DNA of 64,000 bases from an uncultured Candidatus Poseidoniales archaeon (GTDB lineage: Archaea > Thermoplasmatota > Poseidoniia > Poseidoniales > Thalassarchaeaceae), in assembly GCA_963990035.1 (NCBI GenBank), contig CAXDMJ010000003.1, positions 2,974 through 66,973 on the forward strand, given 5' to 3'. The position numbers were made by a program, and so were the translations under genes. Each line of letters begins with the position of its first letter. The first letter of the stretch is position 1. Of the stretch, positions 25,732 through 35,259 are shown one piece after another. The notes under the pieces are model-generated. The model worked only from the letters and a program-made list of their open reading frames with translations, did no database searches and was not told where the DNA came from.

Positions 25732-27648
25732 ATGAGATTGTCATACGCTGAATTAAAAAAGAAAATATCAGGTATAATTCCTAAAGATATTGATTATGAG
25801 ATTGATCTTGAAGCGGGTTCAATATCTGTCATTACAAAACAGCCTGAAAGATTTACAACTTCTACTGATAATTTAACAGTCAAAATTGCTAAAATAGTAA
25901 AAAGAAGAATCGTTATTCGCCCTCATCCCGATATTTTATCTAGTGAACAAGAAGTTCATGATGCAGTTAGTCAAATTATACCTCCTGAAGCCGAAGTTAG
26001 AAAGGTCTGGCTAGATCCTGCCCTAAGCGAGGTAATTTTAGAATGTGATAACCCATCTGATGCAGTAGGGCCTAAAGGTTCTCACATCCAATCTCTAAGG
26101 AATGAAATTGGTTGGTTAGTTAAAGTCGTCAGAGCGCCTTCAATTGAAAGTAGAACTCAGCATGATATCAGAAGATATAGGAAAGAAATGTCAGATGAGA
26201 GAAAATCATTACTTAGGAAGTTTGGTGCAAGAATTTACCGACCTCAAAGACCTGGTGAGTCTTGGGTGCGTATTACTGCTTTAGGGTCTTATAGAGAAGT
26301 TGGTAGAGCTATGCACTTGATAACTACAAATGAATCTAAAGTGTTAGTAGATTGTGGAGCGAAACCAACTACGAATAAAAATGAGATTCAACCCTTCTTC
26401 AATGCACCGGAATTAATGCCTCTAGACAATCTTGATGCTATTGTCATAACCCATGCTCATGTAGATCATATTGCAATGTTACCTGTTCTATTTCGTTATG
26501 GATATCGCGGTCCAGTATATTGCACACCTCCAACTAGAGATTTGATGACATTACTTCAAATTGATTATGTTAAAGTTAGTCAAGCAGAAGGAAACGAGGC
26601 GCCTTATTCCAAAGCAGATATTCAAGAGTGTATCAAGCATGTTGTTGATGTTAATTGGGGCGATAAAACAGACATTGCCCCAGACATTAAGATGACAATG
26701 GAAAATGCTGGACATATTTTAGGTTCATCTAGTGTTTACATGAATGTTGGTGAAGGGAGTAATGAGCATAAAATATTATTCTCTGGCGATATTAAGTATG
26801 AAAAATCTTGGCTTTTCGATGCAGCGACTGTTAGATTTCCAAAAGTTGATACCTTAATTATTGAATCAACTTATGGAGGTCCTCAAGACATTCAACCAAC
26901 TAGGGATGCAGCAAGTCATGAATTACAAGAAATGATAATTGACGTCATTGGTCGAGGTGGTAAAATATTCTGTCCAGTTTTTGCTGTAGGAAGGTCTCAA
27001 GAAGTAATGATTGCAATTGATGAATTATTTAAATCCGGAAAAGTATCTCCCGTCACTGTTTGGTTAGATGGTATGATCTCAGAAGCAACAGCAATTCATG
27101 CTAGTCACCCTAATTTCCTCAATAGAGATTTAAGGAAAAAACTTCTCAAAGGTGGTTCTGAAAATCCATTCCACTCGAAATGGTTCCGTACAGTGGAATC
27201 ATATCAACAGAGGGAATCAATACTCCTTGATCCATCTCCTTGTATTGTTTTAGCAACCAGTGGTATGATGACAGGAGGGCCTATTGTTGAATACTTCAAA
27301 CACTGGGCTCCTGAACCTAACAATACCCTATGCTTTGTAGGATACCAAGCATCAGGTACACTTGGTAGTAGGCTCAGAGATGGTCATTCATCTGTACCTT
27401 TGATCGATAAAGGTCAAACTTTAATGATACAAGTTAATTGCTCTATGAGGAAAATAGATGGGTTCAGTGGTCATTCAGATAGGAATCAGTTAATGGATTA
27501 TGTAGCAGCTCTGAAACCTACTCCACGAAAAATAATTTGTCATCACGGTGATGCTCAAACATGTAATGCATTCCGTCAAGGTCTACGCGAAAAATTCCGC
27601 GTACAAACATATGCTCCAGCTAATCTTGAAACACTAAGATTGCTGTAG
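25732..27648 (+). CDS. aCPSF1: aCPSF1-type KH-domain / metallo-beta-lactamase / beta-CASP ribonuclease (archaeal transcription-termination/RNA-processing factor)
   Basis: N-terminal KH-like region, ITHAHVDH (HxHxDH), ENAGHILGSS and a C-terminal beta-CASP block with GFSGHSD and CHHGD. ATG at 25732 is preferred to GTG 25672. Confidence 0.9.
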   Translation: MRLSYAELKKKISGIIPKDIDYEIDLEAGSISVITKQPERFTTSTDNLTVKIAKIVKRRIVIRPHPDILSSEQEVHDAVSQIIPPEAEVRKVWLDPALSEVILECDNPSDAVGPKGSHIQSLRNEIGWLVKVVRAPSIESRTQHDIRRYRKEMSDERKSLLRKFGARIYRPQRPGESWVRITALGSYREVGRAMHLITTNESKVLVDCGAKPTTNKNEIQPFFNAPELMPLDNLDAIVITHAHVDHIAMLPVLFRYGYRGPVYCTPPTRDLMTLLQIDYVKVSQAEGNEAPYSKADIQECIKHVVDVNWGDKTDIAPDIKMTMENAGHILGSSSVYMNVGEGSNEHKILFSGDIKYEKSWLFDAATVRFPKVDTLIIESTYGGPQDIQPTRDAASHELQEMIIDVIGRGGKIFCPVFAVGRSQEVMIAIDELFKSGKVSPVTVWLDGMISEATAIHASHPNFLNRDLRKKLLKGGSENPFHSKWFRTVESYQQRESILLDPSPCIVLATSGMMTGGPIVEYFKHWAPEPNNTLCFVGYQASGTLGSRLRDGHSSVPLIDKGQTLMIQVNCSMRKIDGFSGHSDRNQLMDYVAALKPTPRKIICHHGDAQTCNAFRQGLREKFRVQTYAPANLETLRLL

Positions 27649-27930
27649 TTATAATGTAGGAATGTCAAAACCGCTTTCAAGAGGGTCATCTGCCTCTTTC
27701 TTCAATTTGTATTTTTCATCATTATCTTCATCCCATTTTTCTAGATTTATATCTTCTGAATTCTCAGAAACAGAACGCTCAGAGATAATGAATAAAAGTG
27801 GTAAAGGTATTAATAATAATAATGCCCAAGCATTGATAGAATCACCTCCTGATTTAACAAAACTATTGGCTGAAGATAATATTAATAGAATAATAATTAT
27901 CCAAGATACAGTTATCCCGGCCCGTCTCAT
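27649..27930 (-). CDS. small two-TM membrane protein with acidic tail (hypothetical)
   Basis: Two hydrophobic helices (VSWIIIILLILSS, ALLLLIPLPLLFII). The opposite-strand ORF is low-complexity Ser-rich and less protein-like. Confidence 0.4.
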   Translation of the reverse strand: MRRAGITVSWIIIILLILSSANSFVKSGGDSINAWALLLLIPLPLLFIISERSVSENSEDINLEKWDEDNDEKYKLKKEADDPLESGFDIPTL

Positions 27931-28017
27931 GTGTGTCGACTAGCATCTTTGTTCATGAATTATTTGTGACACCAATGATTAGACAAACTCTTCAACTGTC
28001 ACTTTTTCTAAGTTAAT

Positions 28018-28452
28018 ATGACACAGCAGTTCAACCTCATCACCTGCGGCTGTGGGCACTCATTCGGTTCGACTAAAACTCAAAATAATTATTGTACAAA
28101 GTGTGGTTCTTCAACTAATCTTAAGGAAATTAAGTTATTTGAGAATGCAGAAAAATTATCATATGCGGTTTCATTGGCAAATATTCCTGATGAAATAAGT
28201 GAAGAATTAATCTCCAAAATTAAAAAGAGAGATTCTAGAAGTAATTCTAGTTCTAAACCAGATACTAAAAATATGATCCAATTAATGAAATTAGCCACTG
28301 ATCAAAGTGGAAACTTGAATAAAGTTACACTAGATAAAATATTACTCGATGAAGGTAAATTAGATTTGAGTAGCGATTACTTAATTGGACAAGCTGAAAT
28401 GCAGGGTTTATTATTAAGAGTAAATGAAAAAACATGGAATTGGTTGAGTTAA
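28018..28452 (+). CDS. hypothetical zinc-ribbon protein
   Basis: N-terminal CGCGH...(x14)...CTKCG four-Cys ribbon, Ser-rich linker, then a helical C-terminal domain. Confidence 0.45.
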   Translation: MTQQFNLITCGCGHSFGSTKTQNNYCTKCGSSTNLKEIKLFENAEKLSYAVSLANIPDEISEELISKIKKRDSRSNSSSKPDTKNMIQLMKLATDQSGNLNKVTLDKILLDEGKLDLSSDYLIGQAEMQGLLLRVNEKTWNWLS

Positions 28453-28489
28453 GTTCTTGACATGTAGTTCGTTCGTAGGGTTACTCACA

Positions 28490-28567
28490 GGGCCTGTGGG
28501 TTAGTCTGGTCTATGCTTGTTCGTTTGGGACGAACAGACTCTGGTTCAAATCCAGGCAGGCCCACCA
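28490..28567 (+). tRNA. tRNA-Pro (anticodon UGG), CCA encoded
   Basis: Hand-folded. Acceptor stem GGGCCTG/CAGGCCC. Anticodon arm GTTCG-TTTGGGA-CGAAC gives anticodon TGG with G37. T arm TCTGG-TTCAAAT-CCAGG. Discriminator A then CCA. Confidence 0.85.
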
Positions 28568-28590
28568 TTAATTTAGGCTGATGGATATTT

Positions 28591-29352
28591 TTAATTATTC
28601 AATCTTAATATTGCATCTCTGTCAAACATACTTACTGCATTTCTTAAGGCATCTTCTTTATTGAACCATCTTGCTTCTTCTATTTCACCCTCTTTTGGCT
28701 TAATTTTCTCTATAGGTATATCTAAATTACATATATATGTGAATGATAGCCAGTTTATACCTTCTGAAGTGAAAATATTTTGTTGAATTATTGCTCCATC
28801 ATTACCTTCAATAACTTCTCCTGATTCTCCATTTTTATCTGGAATTTCTATTTCAATACCCAATTCTTCTAGTGCTTCTCTAACTGCTCCCTTTCGAGGA
28901 TGCTCGCCATAATCAACAAAACCACCGGGTAATGTCCAACAGCCAGTAAAGAAACCTCTACTTGCTTTAGCCATGAGGATCATTTGTTCATTATTTTGAA
29001 TTATTACTTTGGAGACAACTCTGTGTATTGTACGATAAACAGATTCTCTTGCCACTGGATCAACAGCACTATCACTAATTACCGAATCTTTCCAAGCCCA
29101 GTCTTTTGGCCAATCAATTCTTGGTGTTGCAATTATTACTTTCTTTTCAATGTCACCAAGAATTATAAAATTCTTTCTCTTTAAATCCCATTCTATCCCC
29201 ATAGAACTGACTTCTTCTAGAGTAGGGAGTCTAATTAGGAACGTTTCTCCATCCCAGCTAGTTCTACCTAATACTGGTATTGCGGGGCCTTTTCCATTAT
29301 TATTGACTAGAAGTAACTTCCCGTCGTGTTCTAAATGGATATAATCTGTCAT
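28591..29352 (-). CDS. NUDIX hydrolase with N-terminal extra domain
   Basis: Nudix box GGFVDYGEHPRKGAVREALEELGIE (GX5EX7REUXEEXGU). Confidence 0.75.
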   Translation of the reverse strand: MTDYIHLEHDGKLLLVNNNGKGPAIPVLGRTSWDGETFLIRLPTLEEVSSMGIEWDLKRKNFIILGDIEKKVIIATPRIDWPKDWAWKDSVISDSAVDPVARESVYRTIHRVVSKVIIQNNEQMILMAKASRGFFTGCWTLPGGFVDYGEHPRKGAVREALEELGIEIEIPDKNGESGEVIEGNDGAIIQQNIFTSEGINWLSFTYICNLDIPIEKIKPKEGEIEEARWFNKEDALRNAVSMFDRDAILRLNN

Positions 29353-29371
29353 TTTTGTTCCTTCTTAATTA

Positions 29372-30310
29372 CTAATAACCTAATATTTCACTTAGTTGAG
29401 ACTTATAGAAATTAGCAGAATCTTGTAAACTATCTAATTCTTTATCTTCTAAATCTAATTCAATTATACGTTCTACTCCATTCTTGCCTAAAACAACTGG
29501 AACTCCTATGTATACATCTTCTAATCCATATTCGCCATTTAGCAAAGCACTGCATGGAAGCATTCTTTTTCTGTCATTCAATACAGATTCTGCCATTATT
29601 GCAGCAGCACTTCCAGGGGCGTAAAAGGCACTTCCTCTTTCTAGTAATTTCACTATTTCTCCTCCTCCACTTGCAGTTCTCTGAGATATGGCATCTATTG
29701 TTTCTTCATCAAGTAATTGAGTAATTGGAATCCCTCCAACTGTAGTGTACCTTGGTAAAGGAACCATCGTATCTCCATGCCCCCCTAGTACCATAGCTTG
29801 AACATCTTCATTCGAGCATCCTATTGCTTGCGATACAAAATGAGTCATTCTTGCAGAATCTAAAATTCCTGCTTGTCCTATTACTCTATTTGATGGGAAA
29901 CCAGTTACTTTCTGCATATGGTAAGTCATTAAATCGAGAGGATTTGTAACCATAATTACTATTGCTTCCGGGGCGAAATCTCTAATTCCCGTTCCAACTT
30001 GTAAAATTATTTCTGCATTTTTCCCTATCAAGTCTTCACGGCTCATACCAGGTTGTCTTGGGAAACCCGAAGTTACTACGACTACATCCGAACCAGCAAT
30101 ATCTTCATATTTTGAAGTACCAGTGATCTTTCCATCATAATTTAGAACTTGTCCTCCTTGACTCATATCCAAGGCTTTACCTTTTGCAAAACCCTCGTAA
30201 ATATCTAACAATACGATTTCTCCTAATTTTCTCTCAGCCATCACGAAGGCACAAGTGGCCCCTACATTACCCGCACCAATTACTGCAATTTTTTTTGCTC
30301 CTCTAGCCAT
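29372..30310 (-). CDS. mdh: malate dehydrogenase (LDH-like family)
   Basis: KIAVIGAGNVGATCAF Rossmann motif, VVVTSGFPRQPGMSREDL, MVTNPLD and GGHGDTMVP. ATG at 30310 is preferred to the upstream in-frame ATG at 30346. Confidence 0.85.
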   Translation of the reverse strand: MARGAKKIAVIGAGNVGATCAFVMAERKLGEIVLLDIYEGFAKGKALDMSQGGQVLNYDGKITGTSKYEDIAGSDVVVVTSGFPRQPGMSREDLIGKNAEIILQVGTGIRDFAPEAIVIMVTNPLDLMTYHMQKVTGFPSNRVIGQAGILDSARMTHFVSQAIGCSNEDVQAMVLGGHGDTMVPLPRYTTVGGIPITQLLDEETIDAISQRTASGGGEIVKLLERGSAFYAPGSAAAIMAESVLNDRKRMLPCSALLNGEYGLEDVYIGVPVVLGKNGVERIIELDLEDKELDSLQDSANFYKSQLSEILGY

Positions 30311-30421
30311 TGAGTTTCCCTCATTATGTGTCCGCAGGTATCTCATCCTTAGCCTTTAGTGAGCAGTATACTCCAGTCTGTCGGCATAATCTTCTTTATT
30401 AGATAACGGTTAGCAAACATT

Positions 30422-31105
30422 ATGGATTCAAGGAGTAAGTCAATAATTTCGGTTTTATTGATATGTTTTGTCCCCTCTATGTCAGTAATTTTTGGGCTCA
30501 AAATCATTGATGATGAATTTTTTTCTCAACTTTTTTTCTTATCATGTAAACTTTGGATATTCGTAATACCCACAGTTTGGTATATCTACATAGATAAAAA
30601 TTCAATATCTAAAAATCTTCCTTCTAAAGATGGGCTTAGGATGGGCCTGTTAACTGGTTTAGTAATGTCTATGATTATAATTATTACATGGTATATTTTT
30701 GAAAGTTCATTAGATATAGAACAAATGAAAAATACGCTTCAGTCAAAAGGGCTTTCGAATATTAATTTGTATATATTGGGAATGTTCTATTGGATTTTCA
30801 TTAATAGTCTCTTAGAAGAATATGTCTTTCGCTGGTTCATCACTACAAAATCAGTGATTATCTTTCAAAATGATATAGCAGCAATCATATTTTCTGCATT
30901 ACTATTTACTCTTCATCATTCAATTGCTCTACATTTGTTTGGTTTTATCTGGTGGCAGACTATTCTTGCCTCTTTCGGTCTCTTATCTGCAGCTGCGATA
31001 TGGTCTTGGCTATACATTAGATATCGCTCAATATGGGTATGTTGGTTATCTCATGCAATCTGTGATATTGCTGTTTTTGGTATAGGCTTCATAATTCTTT
31101 TCTGA
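30422..31105 (+). CDS. CPBP-family intramembrane glutamic endopeptidase (CAAX protease-like)
   Basis: Multi-TM protein with LLEEYVFRW (EExxxR), FTLHH (FxxxH) and SHAICD (HxxxD/N) motifs. Confidence 0.7.
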   Translation: MDSRSKSIISVLLICFVPSMSVIFGLKIIDDEFFSQLFFLSCKLWIFVIPTVWYIYIDKNSISKNLPSKDGLRMGLLTGLVMSMIIIITWYIFESSLDIEQMKNTLQSKGLSNINLYILGMFYWIFINSLLEEYVFRWFITTKSVIIFQNDIAAIIFSALLFTLHHSIALHLFGFIWWQTILASFGLLSAAAIWSWLYIRYRSIWVCWLSHAICDIAVFGIGFIILF

Positions 31106-31225
31106 ATAAACTAAAGCATTGTAATCGTATTTTGAAGACATTCACCCGTTTCATTCAATAATCTGATTACATTCGGCTTAGTTAACAATAATGAGGCAGA
31201 GACTTATTTTTGTAGATGTGATATT

Positions 31226-32386
31226 ATGAGGCTAGGAGTATTAACTGAACCAGAGGGTGAAAACAGAGTTGCAATTGTACCTAATTCTGTTAAAAAACTA
31301 ACCAAAAAAGGATTGGAAGTTTTTGTTGAATCCGGTGCAGGTGTTAATTCTAATTTTTCTGATAATGAATATGAATCTGCTGGAGCTAATATTAGTCAGA
31401 GAGATGAAGTTCTCTCCTGTGAATTACTAATTACAATAAGAATGTTAGATTCCTCTGAATTAAGGAGTGGAATGAAACTTATCTGTGTTGCAGATCCATT
31501 CCGCCACCCTGAAAAAATAAATAATTGTATAAGTTCTAATGTTACTTTATTTTCAATGGATATGATACCTCGAAGGTTATCGCGTGCTCAATCAATGGAT
31601 GTTAACTCTAGCCAAGATAATTTAGCAGGGTATAAAGCAGTTCTACTAGGGGCATCTTATGTTCCTAGAGGAATTCCTATGATGACTACTTCTGCAGGTA
31701 CTGTTAAGCCTGCTAAAGTTGTAATTATGGGGAGTGGAGTGGCAGGCCTCCAAGCTATTGCAACTGCTAAGCGATTAGGTGCTATTGTTTATGCATCTGA
31801 TGTTAGAAAATCAGCAGCAGAGCAAATCGAATCTGTAGGTGGACGATTTATAGAAGTAGAAGGAATGGATGATTTTGAAGATGAATCGGGTTATGCTAAA
31901 CCCTTGACTCCAGAGTTTATTCAGAAAGTTAATGACACTGTCTGCGAAGTTGCTTCTGAAGCAGATATTATTGTTACCACTGCTCGAATCTTTGGCCGCC
32001 CAGCACCAATTACCATCCCTGCGTCTGCAGTTTTAACTTTCAAGTCAGGCACAGTAATCGTTGATATGAATGCTGATGTAGGTGGCAATTGTGAATTAAC
32101 AAAACCTGGAGAAATTTATACTACTGAAAATGGGGTAATAATTGTCGGTACCTCTAATCTACCTGGTACTATTGCTAACACAGCCAGTACGCTATATTCA
32201 AACAATCTAACCTCTTTCGTTTTGTCAATTTTTGATAATGATGAATTAATCATATCTGAAGAAGATGATATTCTCGTTGGTTCACCAGAGGGATCAGATT
32301 TCCATATACCTGGGATGGGCGGAGTATTGATTTGCAAAGATGGAATTTTACATGATAAACAAACTCGACTGGGGGGTATTCTTTGA
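31226..32386 (+). CDS. pntAA: NAD(P) transhydrogenase subunit alpha, part 1 (dI domain)
   Basis: AlaDH/PNT fold. RVAIVPNSVKKL, LAGYKAVLLGA and VVIMGSGVAGLQAIATAKRLGA. Confidence 0.85.
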   Translation: MRLGVLTEPEGENRVAIVPNSVKKLTKKGLEVFVESGAGVNSNFSDNEYESAGANISQRDEVLSCELLITIRMLDSSELRSGMKLICVADPFRHPEKINNCISSNVTLFSMDMIPRRLSRAQSMDVNSSQDNLAGYKAVLLGASYVPRGIPMMTTSAGTVKPAKVVIMGSGVAGLQAIATAKRLGAIVYASDVRKSAAEQIESVGGRFIEVEGMDDFEDESGYAKPLTPEFIQKVNDTVCEVASEADIIVTTARIFGRPAPITIPASAVLTFKSGTVIVDMNADVGGNCELTKPGEIYTTENGVIIVGTSNLPGTIANTASTLYSNNLTSFVLSIFDNDELIISEEDDILVGSPEGSDFHIPGMGGVLICKDGILHDKQTRLGGIL

Positions 32387-32700
32387 TGACTCCTGAATTA
32401 TTAATTGGCTCAGTAACACTGTTTGTACTCTCTATATTCCTAGGTTTTGAATTAATAACAAAAGTTCCCTCAATGTTACATACTCCTTTAATGAGCGGTG
32501 CTAATGCTATCTCTGGTATCAGCGTAGTTGGCGCATTATATGGAGCCAATGTAGCCTTTGAAGGTGGTAGTACGTCCTTATCGGGTTTATTGGCATTTTT
32601 AGCTATCGTTTTAGCGATGATAAACGTCATTGGAGGTTTTGCAGTGACTAATAGGATGTTGAATATGATTGCTGGAAAAAATAAGAAAAAGGAGGACTAA
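32383..32700 (+). CDS. pntAB: NAD(P) transhydrogenase subunit alpha, part 2 (membrane)
   Basis: 105-aa three-TM protein with HTPLMSGANAISGI. ATGA overlap with pntAA. Confidence 0.8.
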   Translation: MMTPELLIGSVTLFVLSIFLGFELITKVPSMLHTPLMSGANAISGISVVGALYGANVAFEGGSTSLSGLLAFLAIVLAMINVIGGFAVTNRMLNMIAGKNKKKED

Positions 32701-32702
32701 TC

Positions 32703-34127
32703 ATGGAATTTGGTGAGTGGATATCTATAGGTTATTTAATTTCAGCATGCTTATTTATTCTCGGTCTCAAAAAACTTGGACATCCAAGAACAGCTCCTAG
32801 TGGGAATAAATTAGGTTCTATGGGTATGTTAGTCGCAGTATTGACTACTGTTACTGACATGTACTTGGAAGGTGGAGCTGAATGGACATTAATTATTTCG
32901 GGAATTTTAGTGGGTTCTACAATTGGTTATATCATGGCTGTAAAAGTTGAGATGACAGGTATGCCTGAGTTAGTTGCCTTGTTCAATGGCTTTGGTGGTG
33001 CAGCTTCTGCACTAGTCGCATTATCTGAATCTTGGAAATATATTGAAAACCCAGAATTATCATTACCTACTGGTTTAGGTTTAGAAGTTTTAATGATTGC
33101 TGCGGGTTTATCGGCTTTAGTTGGATGGATGACTCTTACCGGTTCTATACTAGCGATGTATAAATTAAAAGGAGGTGTAGAAATATTTGGAAAATGGTTC
33201 CGTACACCTACTTGGGGTCCATCATATCTTAACTACATTAAAATTTTATTAATTGGATTAGTAATTGTATTAATTTATCTAAGTATATCTGATCCCAGAA
33301 ATGAAGATATTCTATATTCAATAATAGCTGTTTCTAGCATTCTAGGGATTATTCTTGTTTTACCAATCGGTGGTGCTGATATGCCTGTTGTTGTATCTCT
33401 TCTTAATTCTCTTTCTGGGATTGCTGCAGCATTTACTGGTTTCATTATTGGAAACAGTGTTTTAATCGTAGCAGGTTCACTGGTCGGTGCTTCTGGTTTA
33501 ATTCTAACATTCATTATGTGTAAAGCAATGAATCGTACTCTTCCAGATGTATTGTTCAAATCATTTGGTGGTTCTGAAAAAGTAAGTTTGACTAGGACCA
33601 AGGTTGGTTCCGATGCGGAAGAAGTTGCTATGATGGTTGATGGTGCACAGAAAGTAATTATTGTTCCAGGTTATGGTATGGCAGTCAGTCAATGTCAGCA
33701 TCAAGTGAAGGAATTTGCGGACCTTCTTCAGGATAGATTCGATACGGAAGTCAAGTATGCAATACATCCAGTAGCTGGAAGAATGCCTGGTCACATGAAT
33801 GTACTTCTTGCAGAAGCTAATATCCCTTATGATCAGTTAATCGATATGGAAGACATTAATTCAGAGTTCCCTGAATGTGATATGGCAGTAGTTATTGGAG
33901 CGAATGATACCTGTAACCCTGCTGCTAGGACTGGTGAAGGTCCTTTAGCAGGAATGCCAATAATTGATGCAGACAAGGCTAGGACGGTTGTAATCATCAA
34001 AAGAAGCCTATCTGTTGGATATGCTGGTGTAGATAATGATTTATTTTATGAAGATAAAACTATGATGCTTTTCGGTGATGGTAAGAAAATGATGAACGAG
34101 TTGAACGCGGCTATCAAAGAGTTATGA
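32703..34127 (+). CDS. pntB: NAD(P) transhydrogenase subunit beta
   Basis: Multi-TM N-terminal half plus dIII domain with VIIVPGYGMAVSQCQH, HPVAGRMPGHMNVLLAEA and VIGANDTCNPAA. Confidence 0.9.
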   Translation: MEFGEWISIGYLISACLFILGLKKLGHPRTAPSGNKLGSMGMLVAVLTTVTDMYLEGGAEWTLIISGILVGSTIGYIMAVKVEMTGMPELVALFNGFGGAASALVALSESWKYIENPELSLPTGLGLEVLMIAAGLSALVGWMTLTGSILAMYKLKGGVEIFGKWFRTPTWGPSYLNYIKILLIGLVIVLIYLSISDPRNEDILYSIIAVSSILGIILVLPIGGADMPVVVSLLNSLSGIAAAFTGFIIGNSVLIVAGSLVGASGLILTFIMCKAMNRTLPDVLFKSFGGSEKVSLTRTKVGSDAEEVAMMVDGAQKVIIVPGYGMAVSQCQHQVKEFADLLQDRFDTEVKYAIHPVAGRMPGHMNVLLAEANIPYDQLIDMEDINSEFPECDMAVVIGANDTCNPAARTGEGPLAGMPIIDADKARTVVIIKRSLSVGYAGVDNDLFYEDKTMMLFGDGKKMMNELNAAIKEL

Positions 34128-34193
34128 TATGGATTGTATAAAGGCTCGAGACAAGCAACGGTTATGTGGTAGTCAACACTCGAAATAACATAG

Positions 34194-35258
34194 GTGTACT
34201 GTATGGTGTCTATCAACTCCAAAGCAATCGTTGTTTTGTTGATTATTGGTATGGCTGCAATTCCTGCATTAGGTAACAGTAGCGGTCCTCCTTATCTGAA
34301 TCAAGATGGTGAATTGACAGTTAAGTATGGCTGCTCATGTCATAATAATGGTGCGACTTCCGAGAGGGCAGTAGTCATGATTACTGGCGTCCCAGTAATG
34401 TATGATTTTGATCAAGCATATCAACTAACAATAAAAGTTGCAGATTCACTTACTCTATCTGGTGGAGATGGTAATACTAAAGCTGGTTTCTTACTTTCTT
34501 CCAGTAATGTAGGGGTATTTTCTTGGTCTGATGATGAGGATATACGTATCGCAGCAGATAGTGATGGAGATATATCACACAGTGAAACCGATTCTGATGG
34601 TATTTGGATTGTAACATGGACCGCACCTTCAGATGACCAAGGGGCCGTGAATTTCTGGTTAGTTGGAAATTCAGTAGATGGTGGTGGAGTTCCCGATGTT
34701 GAAGATTACTGGAATCTTCTTGCATTCTCAATAAATCCTCCTGGTACCATAGCTGAGGATGATAGTGATGCGATTCTATCTACACGTACTATATCAGTTG
34801 GAGATTATGATTCTTTATTCCTGTTGGAAGAAACTGATGCAGAGAGAGAAGCTCAGAGGCAGGAGGCTATTGCAGAAAGAATTTATCAGCAAGGGAATTT
34901 ATTCTATTGGTTTAGTTTGACTGCATTAATTGTTGGTGCTGTGGTACAGAGAGAAATTTTAGAAAGGAAATATGATGAAGGTCCTGAATATTTAGCAATG
35001 GAGTTAGCTTATCCTCAAGCTTTACGGCAGGCTGTTGTTTCTGTAATTTCTTTCATTGTAGGCGTTAGATGGTTGGCAGAAGATGCAGTCTTAGAGTTCC
35101 CTCCGAGAGCTCTTCTTGACCCAGAAGCACAAAATGTCACAGATCTTTCTAGTTTCGTTATAGGTTTCACATTCTTGTTTAGTGCTTGGTTTGCATATGG
35201 ATTATATAGAACTATTTTGGCCGCTAGAGCTAAACCTAAAGTTAAGGATTTACTCTGA
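34194..35258 (+). CDS. hypothetical secreted/membrane protein (N-terminal beta-rich ectodomain, three C-terminal TM helices)
   Basis: Signal-like AIVVLLIIGMAAIPALG. Ectodomain with GFLLSS...WTAPSDDQGAVNFWLVGNSVDGGG. C-terminal hydrophobic helices. Confidence 0.5.
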   Translation: MYCMVSINSKAIVVLLIIGMAAIPALGNSSGPPYLNQDGELTVKYGCSCHNNGATSERAVVMITGVPVMYDFDQAYQLTIKVADSLTLSGGDGNTKAGFLLSSSNVGVFSWSDDEDIRIAADSDGDISHSETDSDGIWIVTWTAPSDDQGAVNFWLVGNSVDGGGVPDVEDYWNLLAFSINPPGTIAEDDSDAILSTRTISVGDYDSLFLLEETDAEREAQRQEAIAERIYQQGNLFYWFSLTALIVGAVVQREILERKYDEGPEYLAMELAYPQALRQAVVSVISFIVGVRWLAEDAVLEFPPRALLDPEAQNVTDLSSFVIGFTFLFSAWFAYGLYRTILAARAKPKVKDLL

Positions 35259-35259
35259 A

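Noticed and set aside
27662-27943. Plus-strand 93-aa ORF overlapping the minus-strand 27649-27930 ORF.
   Set aside because: Its translation is Ser/Asn-rich low complexity. The minus-strand frame gives a plausible two-TM protein, though even that call is weak.
32250-32630. 126-aa minus-strand ORF across the pntAA/pntAB junction. Similar antisense ORFs occur inside pntB, topA, the RND transporter, valS, the photolyase and the DUF255 gene.
   Set aside because: All are embedded antisense in genes with strong family signatures. No independent support.
34332-34343. C-S-C-H in the 34194-35258 protein, considered as a possible c-type haem-binding site.
   Set aside because: The motif is CxCH, not CxxCH, so the spacing is wrong for haem c attachment.
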